Positions 56,341 through 64,000 of a stretch of 64,000 nucleotides of DNA are shown here, one piece after another. Both the position numbers and the translations under genes were made by a program. Under the pieces are notes generated by a model. The model was not told where the DNA came from and did no database searches. It worked only from the letters and a program-made list of their open reading frames with translations. The stretch covers positions 10,091-74,090 of the forward strand of contig CAYSAW010000001.1 of the NCBI GenBank assembly GCA_964429225.1, written 5' to 3'. Source of the DNA: an uncultured bacterium. GTDB taxonomy: Bacteria > Armatimonadota > DTGP01 > CAYSAW01. Every line of letters starts with the position of its first letter. Positions within the stretch are counted from its first letter, which is position 1.

Positions 56341-57633
56341 GTGGAAAGGGATTCCCAGCAGGGGAGCTTTCTTAAAGCCCTCCCCCACCATCAGCGAATC
56401 AATTTTTTCGCTTTAGCAGTGGATGCTACCGGCTGGTGGCTGGGGATGAGTTTTATATCTTTCTCAACCATTTTACCGCTTTTTATTCGCTACCTTGGTG
56501 GGAATAACACAGTTGTAGGCTTGATCCCCTCTTTATGGTCTCTCGGTATTTTACTCCCTCAGATCCTGGTTGCCCAACGATTGGAGCGCAAACCCTATGT
56601 AAAGAAATATACCTTTACCTTGGCAATTCTAGAGCGCTTGCCTGTTTTGGTTCTCGCTCTATCTACCTTCTTTCTGATCCATCGGTCTCCTTCAACCTTG
56701 CTCCTCACTACTTTTTTCTGTCTGGGGATGAATGCCCTTTTTATGGGGCTGAACATGCCAGCCTATACTCTATTAGTTGCCAAAGCTATTCCTCCTCATT
56801 ATCGGGGAAGGCTTTATGGAATTTCGGGAGCTTTAGGGGGCCTTTTGGGAGTTGCAGGCTCTTGGTTATCAGGTTGGTATTTAATCGCTTTGCCCAAATC
56901 CCTGGGTTTCGCCCTCTGCTTCACAACAGCCTTTGCCCTCTTAGCCTTAAGCGTCTTTCCTATTGCCTTGGTGAGGGAAATACCAACTGAACCCTCTCTT
57001 GACCAGAAAGATCAGGGAAGGTGGTACGAGATCTTCCATCTTTTCCGAAAGGATAGAGGCTTCCTGGCTCTGATCATTGCTGAGGGGTTCTTTGCTTCTG
57101 CTAGTGTCGGACCTTCCTTCTATATGGTCTACGCAGTTGACCGTTTTCCTTGGGAGAAAACTCTGGTAAGATTGTTCAATGTCACTGCCACCGCCAGTAT
57201 GTTTATTGGTGGACTTTTATGGGGACATATGGCCGACCGCTTCGGTAACCGGCGAGTGTTAAGAGCCGGAGCGAGTTTAATGGCAGGAGGGTTGATCATT
57301 GCTCTTTTAGCTCCCTCAGGGCTAGTCCTTAGCCTAGCAGTTTTGTTGAGCGCTTTGGGTGCTCAAGCTTATGAGTTGAGCAATTTTAACATCTTGATGG
57401 AGTATGCGGGGCCAAGAAGAGTTCCTACCTATACGGCAGCTCGGAGCCTGCTGATAGCTCCTGTCCGATCCCTTCTACCTGTTGGAGGAGGGAGGATCGC
57501 TGACCTTCTAGGTCATCGTCCTCTCTTCCTTATAGGGATAGCCTCCGCAGGAATTTGTCTCTTCTTGCTCCAAAGAGTTCGGGAGCCCCGCTACGCTCTA
57601 AGTGAGGGAGAAGCGAACAAAGGGGGTATCTGA
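56341..57633 (+). CDS. MFS transporter
   Basis: About 12 TM helices; IPPHYRGRLYG and WGHMADRFGNRR motifs. Confidence 0.87.
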   Translation: MERDSQQGSFLKALPHHQRINFFALAVDATGWWLGMSFISFSTILPLFIRYLGGNNTVVGLIPSLWSLGILLPQILVAQRLERKPYVKKYTFTLAILERLPVLVLALSTFFLIHRSPSTLLLTTFFCLGMNALFMGLNMPAYTLLVAKAIPPHYRGRLYGISGALGGLLGVAGSWLSGWYLIALPKSLGFALCFTTAFALLALSVFPIALVREIPTEPSLDQKDQGRWYEIFHLFRKDRGFLALIIAEGFFASASVGPSFYMVYAVDRFPWEKTLVRLFNVTATASMFIGGLLWGHMADRFGNRRVLRAGASLMAGGLIIALLAPSGLVLSLAVLLSALGAQAYELSNFNILMEYAGPRRVPTYTAARSLLIAPVRSLLPVGGGRIADLLGHRPLFLIGIASAGICLFLLQRVREPRYALSEGEANKGGI

Positions 57634-57909
57634 GTGCTCCTATCACCTAACGAAGTCCTTTTTCTTTGGGCTTGGAATCTGTTAATGGTGGTTACAGTAG
57701 GAAGCTGTCTCTATAAGGCGTTGAGGCACCCTCCCGGCTACCTCCAGTGGGGGTGGTGGCTTTTAAGTGTGGCCGGTGCCCTCTGGCTTATAGGTGGGGT
57801 GACAACTCTACTAGGAGCGTCTCTCTTTTCCTTCTTCTCTCGCTTGGGAATGATTATCGCGGTCATCGCTTTTGGGCTTTACCTTTATGGATTAAAAGGT
57901 AGATTTTGA
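57634..57909 (+). CDS. Small 3-TM hypothetical membrane protein
   Basis: 91-aa hydrophobic ORF starting immediately after the MFS stop, with a GGGGG SD. Confidence 0.55.
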   Translation: MLLSPNEVLFLWAWNLLMVVTVGSCLYKALRHPPGYLQWGWWLLSVAGALWLIGGVTTLLGASLFSFFSRLGMIIAVIAFGLYLYGLKGRF

Positions 57910-58011
57910 CAGTTTTTGAGGGAAGCAGACTTTAAAAGAGGGGGAATTGCGATTCGGCAAGAAGCTCTGTCCTTTCCTAAGAGAGGGAAGGGAGAATCTA
58001 GAGGGATGTTC

Positions 58012-58066
58012 GGTAGTCGCAGGTTTTAGCCTGCGACAAATACGCACCCTAGAGGGTACGACTACC
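58012..58066. repeat. GTAG-type REP-like doublet
   Basis: GGTAGTCG...CGACTACC outer inverted repeat enclosing the hairpins GTCGCAGG-TTTTAG-CCTGCGAC and CACCCT-AG-AGGGTA. Confidence 0.6.
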
Positions 58067-58124
58067 ACCGAATATTGGTAGATTCGCTTGCCGGATAAGC
58101 CAATAAGCTGGAAAGGGAGAGAAA

Positions 58125-58805
58125 ATGGGTAGAAAGAAGCGGGAATTCCTCTCCAAAAAACTTGACCCCGAAGAAACGCGGCAAACCATCCTTCAGTCGG
58201 CTTTAGAAGCCTTTGCCCAGAGGGGGTATTCCCAAACTACAATGGATGAAATTGCAGATAAGGCAGGCGTTAGTAAAGGAGCACTCTACTGGCACTTTAA
58301 AGACAAGAAAACCCTCTTCCTCGCAGTATGTGAGGAACGGGCCTCTGCTCTCGAGAAGGCGATGCGGAGTGCTTTAGAGGAGCCTGGGACCACCCTTGAT
58401 AAAATTGCTCGTCTTCTTATCTCCACCCTGAGGTTTTGCGCAAAGAACCGTCCTTTTGCCGTGATTCTAGGATTCTTAAGGGTAAGACAGGACCCAGCCG
58501 TCGGTCTCCAAGCGGGTGAGCCCCTAAGAACCTGGTACTCCGAAGCCCGGAGCATCCTCTCCCAAGTGGTTCAAAAAGGGATTGAAACAGGGGAGATTCG
58601 AGAGGTGGACCCCTCCCTAACCGCCTCCCTGATTATTGGAACGGTAGATGGCTTGGTTTTTCAATGGCTTATGGACCCGGAAGGATGTCCTCTAACCCCC
58701 AAGGTCACCGAGGAAGTCGCAGAACTCATTCTTAGGGGGTTGCAAAAGCGAGATAGATCTCCCAAAGCACCTTTAAAGTCCGGATACGGGGGGTTAGAGG
58801 GCTAA
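58125..58805 (+). CDS. TetR/AcrR-family transcriptional regulator
   Basis: ILQSALEAFAQRGY..TTMDEIA..AGVSKGALYWHFKDK HTH. Confidence 0.94.
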   Translation: MGRKKREFLSKKLDPEETRQTILQSALEAFAQRGYSQTTMDEIADKAGVSKGALYWHFKDKKTLFLAVCEERASALEKAMRSALEEPGTTLDKIARLLISTLRFCAKNRPFAVILGFLRVRQDPAVGLQAGEPLRTWYSEARSILSQVVQKGIETGEIREVDPSLTASLIIGTVDGLVFQWLMDPEGCPLTPKVTEEVAELILRGLQKRDRSPKAPLKSGYGGLEG

Positions 58806-58814
58806 GGTCTCCCT

Positions 58815-60023
58815 TTAGGGTTGGCCCTGTCCTTTAGGCGGGTTCACCTGGGTTGAGATCAGAAGACAAAGGGCAACAAGAATCGCTCCTACTTCAAAGG
58901 GGGACTTTATCCCTAAGTGATCGAAGAGCCATCCCCCCAGGACTGGACCAATTACCCGCCCTATACTGCTAAGGCCTTGAGCTAAGCCTAGGGTACGCCC
59001 CTGAACATCCTCACTCGCGCTTTTGGAGATAAGGGCTTGTAAAGAGGGATTACCCAATCCATTACCCAAGGCGAGGAAGGCCAAGGGAAGCAAAAAGAGA
59101 GGATAGGGGATAAGGGGAATGAGAAGGAGGGCCAAGGCAGTTAGTGTGAGACCGGTGACTAAGAGGGTTTTTTCTCCAAAACGGCGGGTGAGAGGACCTA
59201 TCATTCCACCTTGGAGGAGGGCCATCAGGAGGCCGATGTAGGTGAACATCAGGCCATTAGCAGTTTGATCGAAATGGAAGCGGTCTTTGGTGAAAAGCCC
59301 CAAAACGTTCTCCATTCCTGCAAAGGCGATCATATGGAGGAGAACAATCTGCAGGAGCCTCCCAACCCGGGGGTCTTTTAAGGAGGAGAGGATACGGACG
59401 AGGTTGGCGGTTCTCGAGAAAGTCAGTTCCTGAGGAGTATTCGGTCTTCGAGATTCAGGGAGGCGAAAGTGAACCATTAAGGCGTTGAAAAAAGCCATTA
59501 TTCCAGCCGCAAGAGCCGGAACACCGATACCAAACCTCCCCAAAAAACCGCCTAAAGCAGGACCTAGAACAAAGCCCAAACCGAAAGCGGCCCCGATTAA
59601 CCCCATCCCTCGGGAGCGGTCCTCTGGCGAGGTGATATCCGCAATATAAGCCTGGGCCGTTGAGATGTTCCCCCCTGTTATTCCATCCACGATCCGAGCC
59701 ACAAAAAGCAACGAAGCCCAGCTAGGAGGGCCATAGCTCGCATAGGCGAAGAGAAGATAACCGGCAGAAGAACCTAGAAGGCTGAAAAACAGCACTGGTT
59801 TTCTTCCCACCTTGTCCGACAAAGCACCAAGGATAGGAGCAAAGAGAAACTGTGCTAGAGAATAGCAAGCGTTAAGGCTGGCTACCGCAAGAGCAGACAT
59901 TTGAAAACGGTGCCAATACTCCGGAAAAAGAGGGATAATAAAGCTGAAGCCGAGGAGATCCAGGAAAACAATAAAAAAGATGATCCCTAAACTGGGGCTT
60001 CTCTCTTGGGTTCGTCGCCTCAT
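58815..60023 (-). CDS. MFS transporter, TetA/DHA1 family
   Basis: LDLLGFSFIIP, GALSDKVGRKP, ARIVDGITGGN...AQAYIAD and GFVLGPALGG motifs. Confidence 0.9.
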   Translation of the reverse strand: MRRRTQERSPSLGIIFFIVFLDLLGFSFIIPLFPEYWHRFQMSALAVASLNACYSLAQFLFAPILGALSDKVGRKPVLFFSLLGSSAGYLLFAYASYGPPSWASLLFVARIVDGITGGNISTAQAYIADITSPEDRSRGMGLIGAAFGLGFVLGPALGGFLGRFGIGVPALAAGIMAFFNALMVHFRLPESRRPNTPQELTFSRTANLVRILSSLKDPRVGRLLQIVLLHMIAFAGMENVLGLFTKDRFHFDQTANGLMFTYIGLLMALLQGGMIGPLTRRFGEKTLLVTGLTLTALALLLIPLIPYPLFLLPLAFLALGNGLGNPSLQALISKSASEDVQGRTLGLAQGLSSIGRVIGPVLGGWLFDHLGIKSPFEVGAILVALCLLISTQVNPPKGQGQP

Positions 60024-60280
60024 TTCGCTTTTGTAAAATTTCCCGATGTAAATCTTTCTTAAAATTGATTGTCCACGCTTTTATTGTCAGGCAAAAGCTG
60101 GAGGGAGGTCAACCCTCTCATACAAGGAAGAGGGAGGGGCAGGCGAGAAAGAGTTATTGGATGAGCCGATGATGAAACAACCCTTAGGATCGCCTCAGTT
60201 GAAGGAGTGGCTTCCATTTCTATATAGTCAGGGATAAGGCGGTTTCTCTCTTAATGGATGATGGGTAAAAACATAAAGGT

Positions 60281-60310
60281 TTGCTCGGCTCCAAAGAGCT
60301 GTAGCATAAT
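60281..60310 (+). promoter_or_regulatory. Sigma70-type promoter candidate for hppA
   Basis: TTGCTC-18bp-CATAAT. Confidence 0.5.
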
Positions 60311-60377
60311 TTCAGTTCTTATTCTTGGTTGTTCTACCTTCGTTTAGCAAATTAAGGGAAGGAGGCTAGGATTAATC

Positions 60378-62732
60378 GTGAAAGGGTTGCTTACTCTGGT
60401 TTTTGCATCGGCTGTTTCTCCCGTGATGGCAGCGGAAGCCATTGAATTGCCTCCGCTTAGACCATCAGAGATTGCTATTCTCTATGTGGTTTTAGCCAGT
60501 GCTTTAATTGCTTTAAGCTATGGAGTCTACCTCGTTTTTCGGGTTCTCCGCCGGGACCCAGGTTCTCTGGAGATGCAGAGGGTTTCCTCAGCGATTGAGA
60601 AGGGGGCCTTGGCCTACTTGGCACGCCAAGTCAAAACGATGATCTGGTTTGTAGGGGTCCTCTTCTTCGGTCTTTACTTCCTTTACCGTCCCATCTATCG
60701 AGACGACCCTGTCTTAGCCTGGGGTATTGCCCTCTCTTTCCTTTTGGGGGTAGGGGCCTCCTATTCCGCTGGTTACGTTGGGATGTGGCTTGCGGTCAAA
60801 GGGAACGTCCGCACGGCGGCGGCCGCTCTGCGCAGTTTCCGGGAAGCGATTGAGATCGCTTTTCAAGCGGGGACGGTTTCTGGGATGTTCACAGTCGGGT
60901 TAGGTTTGCTTGGGGCGACCATCATCTTCCTCCTCTTCAAAGAGAATGCTATGAAGGTGTTAGTCGGCTTCGGCTTTGGTGGAAGCTTAGCCGCGCTCTT
61001 TATGCGCGTTGGAGGAGGAATTTTTACCAAAGCAGCAGACGTCGGAGCCGATCTCGTGGGGAAGGTGGAGAAAGGGATCCCTGAAGACGATCCCCGCAAT
61101 GCAGCGACCATCGCAGATAACGTCGGTGACAATGTTGGGGACTGCGCGGGTATGGCTGCGGATGTCTTTGAGTCTTACGAGGTGACGCTAGTCGCAGCGA
61201 TCATTCTGGGAGCTGCCGCTGGGGCAGTGGTCGGCTCCGGAGCGGTAATGAAATTGATTATGTACCCCCTTATGGTACGGGCAGTTGGTGTCTTCGCCTC
61301 AGCTTTAGGAACTTGGAGCGTTCGGGCCACTGATGAAACGAATATTGATCCAATGACTCCTATTAACCAGGGCTTCCGGGTCTCGCTGATCTCAGCGATG
61401 TTAGGTATTGGTCTGGTAAGCTATTTCTATATGCAGAATATCCCTGCTGGGTTTCAGTGGTGGCACTATTTCCTAGCAACTTTGATGGGAATCATCCTTG
61501 CATTGATCATTGGCTGGTTAACCGAATATTTTACCTCGGTGGATAAGCGCCCGGTTACCGAGATCGCCTATGCTTCTCGAACTGGCCCGGCAACGATGAT
61601 CTTGTCCGGTTTTGCGGAAGGGCTGGAGTCTAGTGTATGGGCTATTTTAGCCATTGCAGCGACTATCTTAGGGTCTATCGTTATCTTCCACGGGAACGTT
61701 CTTCTGTCGGCCTATGCTATCGCCTTAGCGGGCTTAGGTCTTCTTACGACCACAGCCTTTATCTTAGCGATGGACACCTACGGCCCTATCTCTGATAACG
61801 CCAACGGTATCTTCGAGATGTCAGGAGCCCTCCGGGAAGAAGAGCAGAAGGGGAACTTGCGCCCGCAACAGATTGTCGCTCGTCTGGATGCAGTTGGGAA
61901 TACGACTAAAGCTTTGACTAAAGGGTTTGCTATCGCTACGGCCGTTATTGCAGCTACCGCCCTATTCCGCTCCTTTATGGAAGATGCAGGTCTCTTGGGA
62001 ACTGGCCTGCGGGTGGATCAACCGGAAGTATTTATAGGATTACTAGTTGGAGCAGGAGTACCCTTCTTGTTCAGTGCAATGGCCATCCGAGCAGTAAGCC
62101 GAGCTGCTTTTGAGCTGGTGGAAGAGGTGAGACGGCAATTTCGAGAAATCCCCGGCATTATGGAAGGCAAAGCCACCCCTGATTACGCCCGATGCGTTGC
62201 TATTTCCACCCGAGCCGCCCAGAAAGAGCTCCTAGGCCCGGGTATTCTCGCCACCTTTTCACCAATACTCGTGGGATTTGCCCTCGGTTATGGAGACCCT
62301 AAGGTCGGAGCAATGGCCCTGGGAGGGTTCCTGGCAGGAGCTATTGTAGTGGGACAGCTAATGGCAGTCTTACTGGCTAACTCCGGCGGTGCCTGGGACA
62401 ATGCTAAGAAAAAAATCGAGGAGGGCCTCTTTGGAGGCAAAGGCACTGAGTATCACAAGGCTGGGGTCATCTGCGATACAGTGGGAGATCCCTTTAAAGA
62501 TACAGCCGGCCCCGCCTTGAACCCGATGATCAAAGTGATCAACTTAGTGTCTATCTTGATCACCCCTGTGGTTATTCAACCGGCTATTACCCCTATTATC
62601 CGTTGGGCAGTGGTGGTGATTGCTGGTGTTGTTCTAGGAGGAGCTATACTCTTCAGCAAGCGAGGCTCTATCGTCGAGTTAGAACAGCAGTTAGAGGCTT
62701 TTCCCACCACCAAGGAAACCACGACTACATAA
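60378..62732 (+). CDS. hppA: Membrane-bound pyrophosphatase, K+-independent H+-pumping type
   Basis: DVGADLVGKVE, EDDPRN, DNVGDNVGD and GDPFKDTAGP motifs; GNTTKA has Lys at the K+-dependence position. Confidence 0.95.
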   Translation: MKGLLTLVFASAVSPVMAAEAIELPPLRPSEIAILYVVLASALIALSYGVYLVFRVLRRDPGSLEMQRVSSAIEKGALAYLARQVKTMIWFVGVLFFGLYFLYRPIYRDDPVLAWGIALSFLLGVGASYSAGYVGMWLAVKGNVRTAAAALRSFREAIEIAFQAGTVSGMFTVGLGLLGATIIFLLFKENAMKVLVGFGFGGSLAALFMRVGGGIFTKAADVGADLVGKVEKGIPEDDPRNAATIADNVGDNVGDCAGMAADVFESYEVTLVAAIILGAAAGAVVGSGAVMKLIMYPLMVRAVGVFASALGTWSVRATDETNIDPMTPINQGFRVSLISAMLGIGLVSYFYMQNIPAGFQWWHYFLATLMGIILALIIGWLTEYFTSVDKRPVTEIAYASRTGPATMILSGFAEGLESSVWAILAIAATILGSIVIFHGNVLLSAYAIALAGLGLLTTTAFILAMDTYGPISDNANGIFEMSGALREEEQKGNLRPQQIVARLDAVGNTTKALTKGFAIATAVIAATALFRSFMEDAGLLGTGLRVDQPEVFIGLLVGAGVPFLFSAMAIRAVSRAAFELVEEVRRQFREIPGIMEGKATPDYARCVAISTRAAQKELLGPGILATFSPILVGFALGYGDPKVGAMALGGFLAGAIVVGQLMAVLLANSGGAWDNAKKKIEEGLFGGKGTEYHKAGVICDTVGDPFKDTAGPALNPMIKVINLVSILITPVVIQPAITPIIRWAVVVIAGVVLGGAILFSKRGSIVELEQQLEAFPTTKETTTT

Positions 62733-62746
62733 AATAAAGGGAAGCT

Positions 62747-63745
62747 TCACCTTCGCCCCAGAGGGTATAAGAGCTTCTGAATTTCCGGTTGATTTAAATT
62801 CTCCTTCGTCACAACGGTCACACCCGTATCAATCCGTTTAGGAACGGGGCGTTTTTCTATAGCATCAATCGCCTTTTTCACTCCTAGATAGCCCATTTGG
62901 AAGGGGTTCTGCACGATGAGGGCCTGAATCGTGCCTTTCTTGAGAGCTTCAATCTCCGCTTCGGCGGCGTCGAAGGCTACCAGCTTCACCTCTCCTGCCT
63001 TATTGTGTTGTTCAAGAGCTCGTGCTGCGCCCAGAGCCCCTGGTTCATTAGCTGCAAAAATGCCAGCTAGATCCGGGTGCTGAGTTAAAGCGTCCTCGGT
63101 AATACTCATTGCTTTATGGGCATCACCGTAACAGGGGATGTTAAAGGCTAGTTTTAGTCCTGGATGCTTTTTCATCTCTTTCAGGAAACCTTGAACTCTC
63201 AAAGTAGAAGTTGCTGCTCCAGGCACAAAAGGAATAATTCCTACTTTTCCCTTCTCCCCTACCAACCGGGCTAGCACCTGGCAGGCTTTTTGGGCGCCCA
63301 GGAGGTTATCGGTGGCGATAAAACTGAGAGGATCATCGCTATCCACCCCGGAATCAATGGTGATAACGGGGATTCCCTCCCGCATCGATCGCCGAATAAT
63401 GGGGATGAGGGCTTTAGAATCGCAGGCAGCCATCACGATAGCGTCTACTTTACTGGTGATAAAGTTTTCTAGTATGGCTATCTGGCCTGCAGTGTCGGTT
63501 TCTTCGGAGGGGCCTTTCCAAAGAATCTCAGCCCCCTCCTCCTGGCCTGCTTTCTCTGCTCCCGCTTTTACGGTTAACCAGAATTGATGGGCGATTCCCT
63601 TGGGCACCACTGCGATGCGGTATTTTCGAGAGGTCGGGGCCTGGCCCTGGGGAGCAGAACCTTGTTGAGGAGTTCTGCTACAATTGGTGAGGGTTGCGGC
63701 TAAAACTCCAATTGAGACCAGCCAAAAAATCCTTCTCTTCTCCAT
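62747..63745 (-). CDS. Sugar ABC substrate-binding lipoprotein (RbsB-like)
   Basis: Lipobox LTNC; VPKG..HQFW..VK.GA, IPVITIDS, IATDN..GA and QNPFQMGY motifs. Confidence 0.9.
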   Translation of the reverse strand: MEKRRIFWLVSIGVLAATLTNCSRTPQQGSAPQGQAPTSRKYRIAVVPKGIAHQFWLTVKAGAEKAGQEEGAEILWKGPSEETDTAGQIAILENFITSKVDAIVMAACDSKALIPIIRRSMREGIPVITIDSGVDSDDPLSFIATDNLLGAQKACQVLARLVGEKGKVGIIPFVPGAATSTLRVQGFLKEMKKHPGLKLAFNIPCYGDAHKAMSITEDALTQHPDLAGIFAANEPGALGAARALEQHNKAGEVKLVAFDAAEAEIEALKKGTIQALIVQNPFQMGYLGVKKAIDAIEKRPVPKRIDTGVTVVTKENLNQPEIQKLLYPLGRR

Positions 63746-63759
63746 AGTAATCTCTTTCC

Positions 63760-63960
63760 TTAAGCTTCCGATCGTTTTATTCCTCCCTCAACCCACATCA
63801 GGGGCCAATGGAGCGTGTACCCACACTGGGGGCAAACTAGGTCTAAGGTATAAGGATTCTTCCACACCGGTTGCATGACTACGCCTTTTTCGTAGCACTC
63901 CGGGACCGGACAGAGGATTTCCCCGGCTTTGAGTTTGGATAAGAGAGAAGATCTGGGCAT
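63760..63960 (-). CDS. Small zinc-ribbon hypothetical protein
   Basis: CPVPEC...CPQCG; ATG at 63960 follows a GAGGTG SD; stops 14 nt before the binding-protein gene. Confidence 0.55.
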   Translation of the reverse strand: MPRSSLLSKLKAGEILCPVPECYEKGVVMQPVWKNPYTLDLVCPQCGYTLHWPLMWVEGGIKRSEA

Positions 63961-64000
63961 TTTTCTCACCTCGTCCAAGGCATTGAAGGAGGACGGAGAT

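Noticed and set aside
57631-57636. In-frame TGA-GTG junction suggesting selenocysteine or readthrough fusion of the MFS and small protein
   Set aside because: The MFS is complete, the second ORF has its own SD, no SECIS-like hairpin is evident, and a similar TAA-GTG junction occurs at 24374-24379.
58125-60023. tetR-tetA resistance cassette
   Set aside because: Genes are convergent rather than divergent, with no mobile context; generic TetR and DHA1 family members.
1-64000. Numerous 60-175-aa ORFs antisense to or nested in recognised genes (e.g. 8559-9065, 15642-16163, 55110-55634)
   Set aside because: No motifs or SD support; expected shadow ORFs.
1-64000. tRNA, rRNA, tmRNA, RNase P, SRP, CRISPR arrays, IS elements
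   Set aside because: No diagnostic motifs or regularly spaced repeats seen by eye; tRNAscan-SE, Infernal and CRISPR finders would be needed to exclude them formally.

Overview
A gene-dense 64-kb bacterial chromosomal segment with about 60 CDS. By eye I found no rRNA, tRNA, CRISPR array, transposase, integrase or prophage. Housekeeping genes: pdxS/pdxT, acpS, rapZ-yvcK, gdh, trpS, tpiA, nagA, coaX, prpB-prpC, manB, hppA. These are interleaved with secreted glycan-related proteins, two DUF1559-type pilin-like genes, a DUF6785-type membrane protein and an outer-membrane beta-barrel. That mix suggests a diderm polysaccharide degrader such as an Armatimonadota- or Planctomycetota-like organism (inference only). 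Most notable observations: (1) radC is translationally coupled to a translin/TRAX-like gene that retains RNase acidic residues. (2) An intact clan GH-A hydrolase is divergently paired with a GH99/GH71-like protein that has lost its catalytic glutamates, next to a pilin-like gene. (3) An 822-aa protein carries a highly divergent GH130-like propeller. (4) A ~215-nt leader with mutually exclusive terminator and antiterminator stems precedes an HNH...coaX operon. (5) A YfhO-type gene has its only plausible start at an ACG behind a perfect Shine-Dalgarno. (6) Nine promoter candidates share an 18-bp spacer. (7) There is a 6S RNA candidate. (8) GTAG-type REP-like hairpins bracket one pilin-like gene. 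All family calls come from motif recognition, not database searches; RNA folds and promoters were read by eye.
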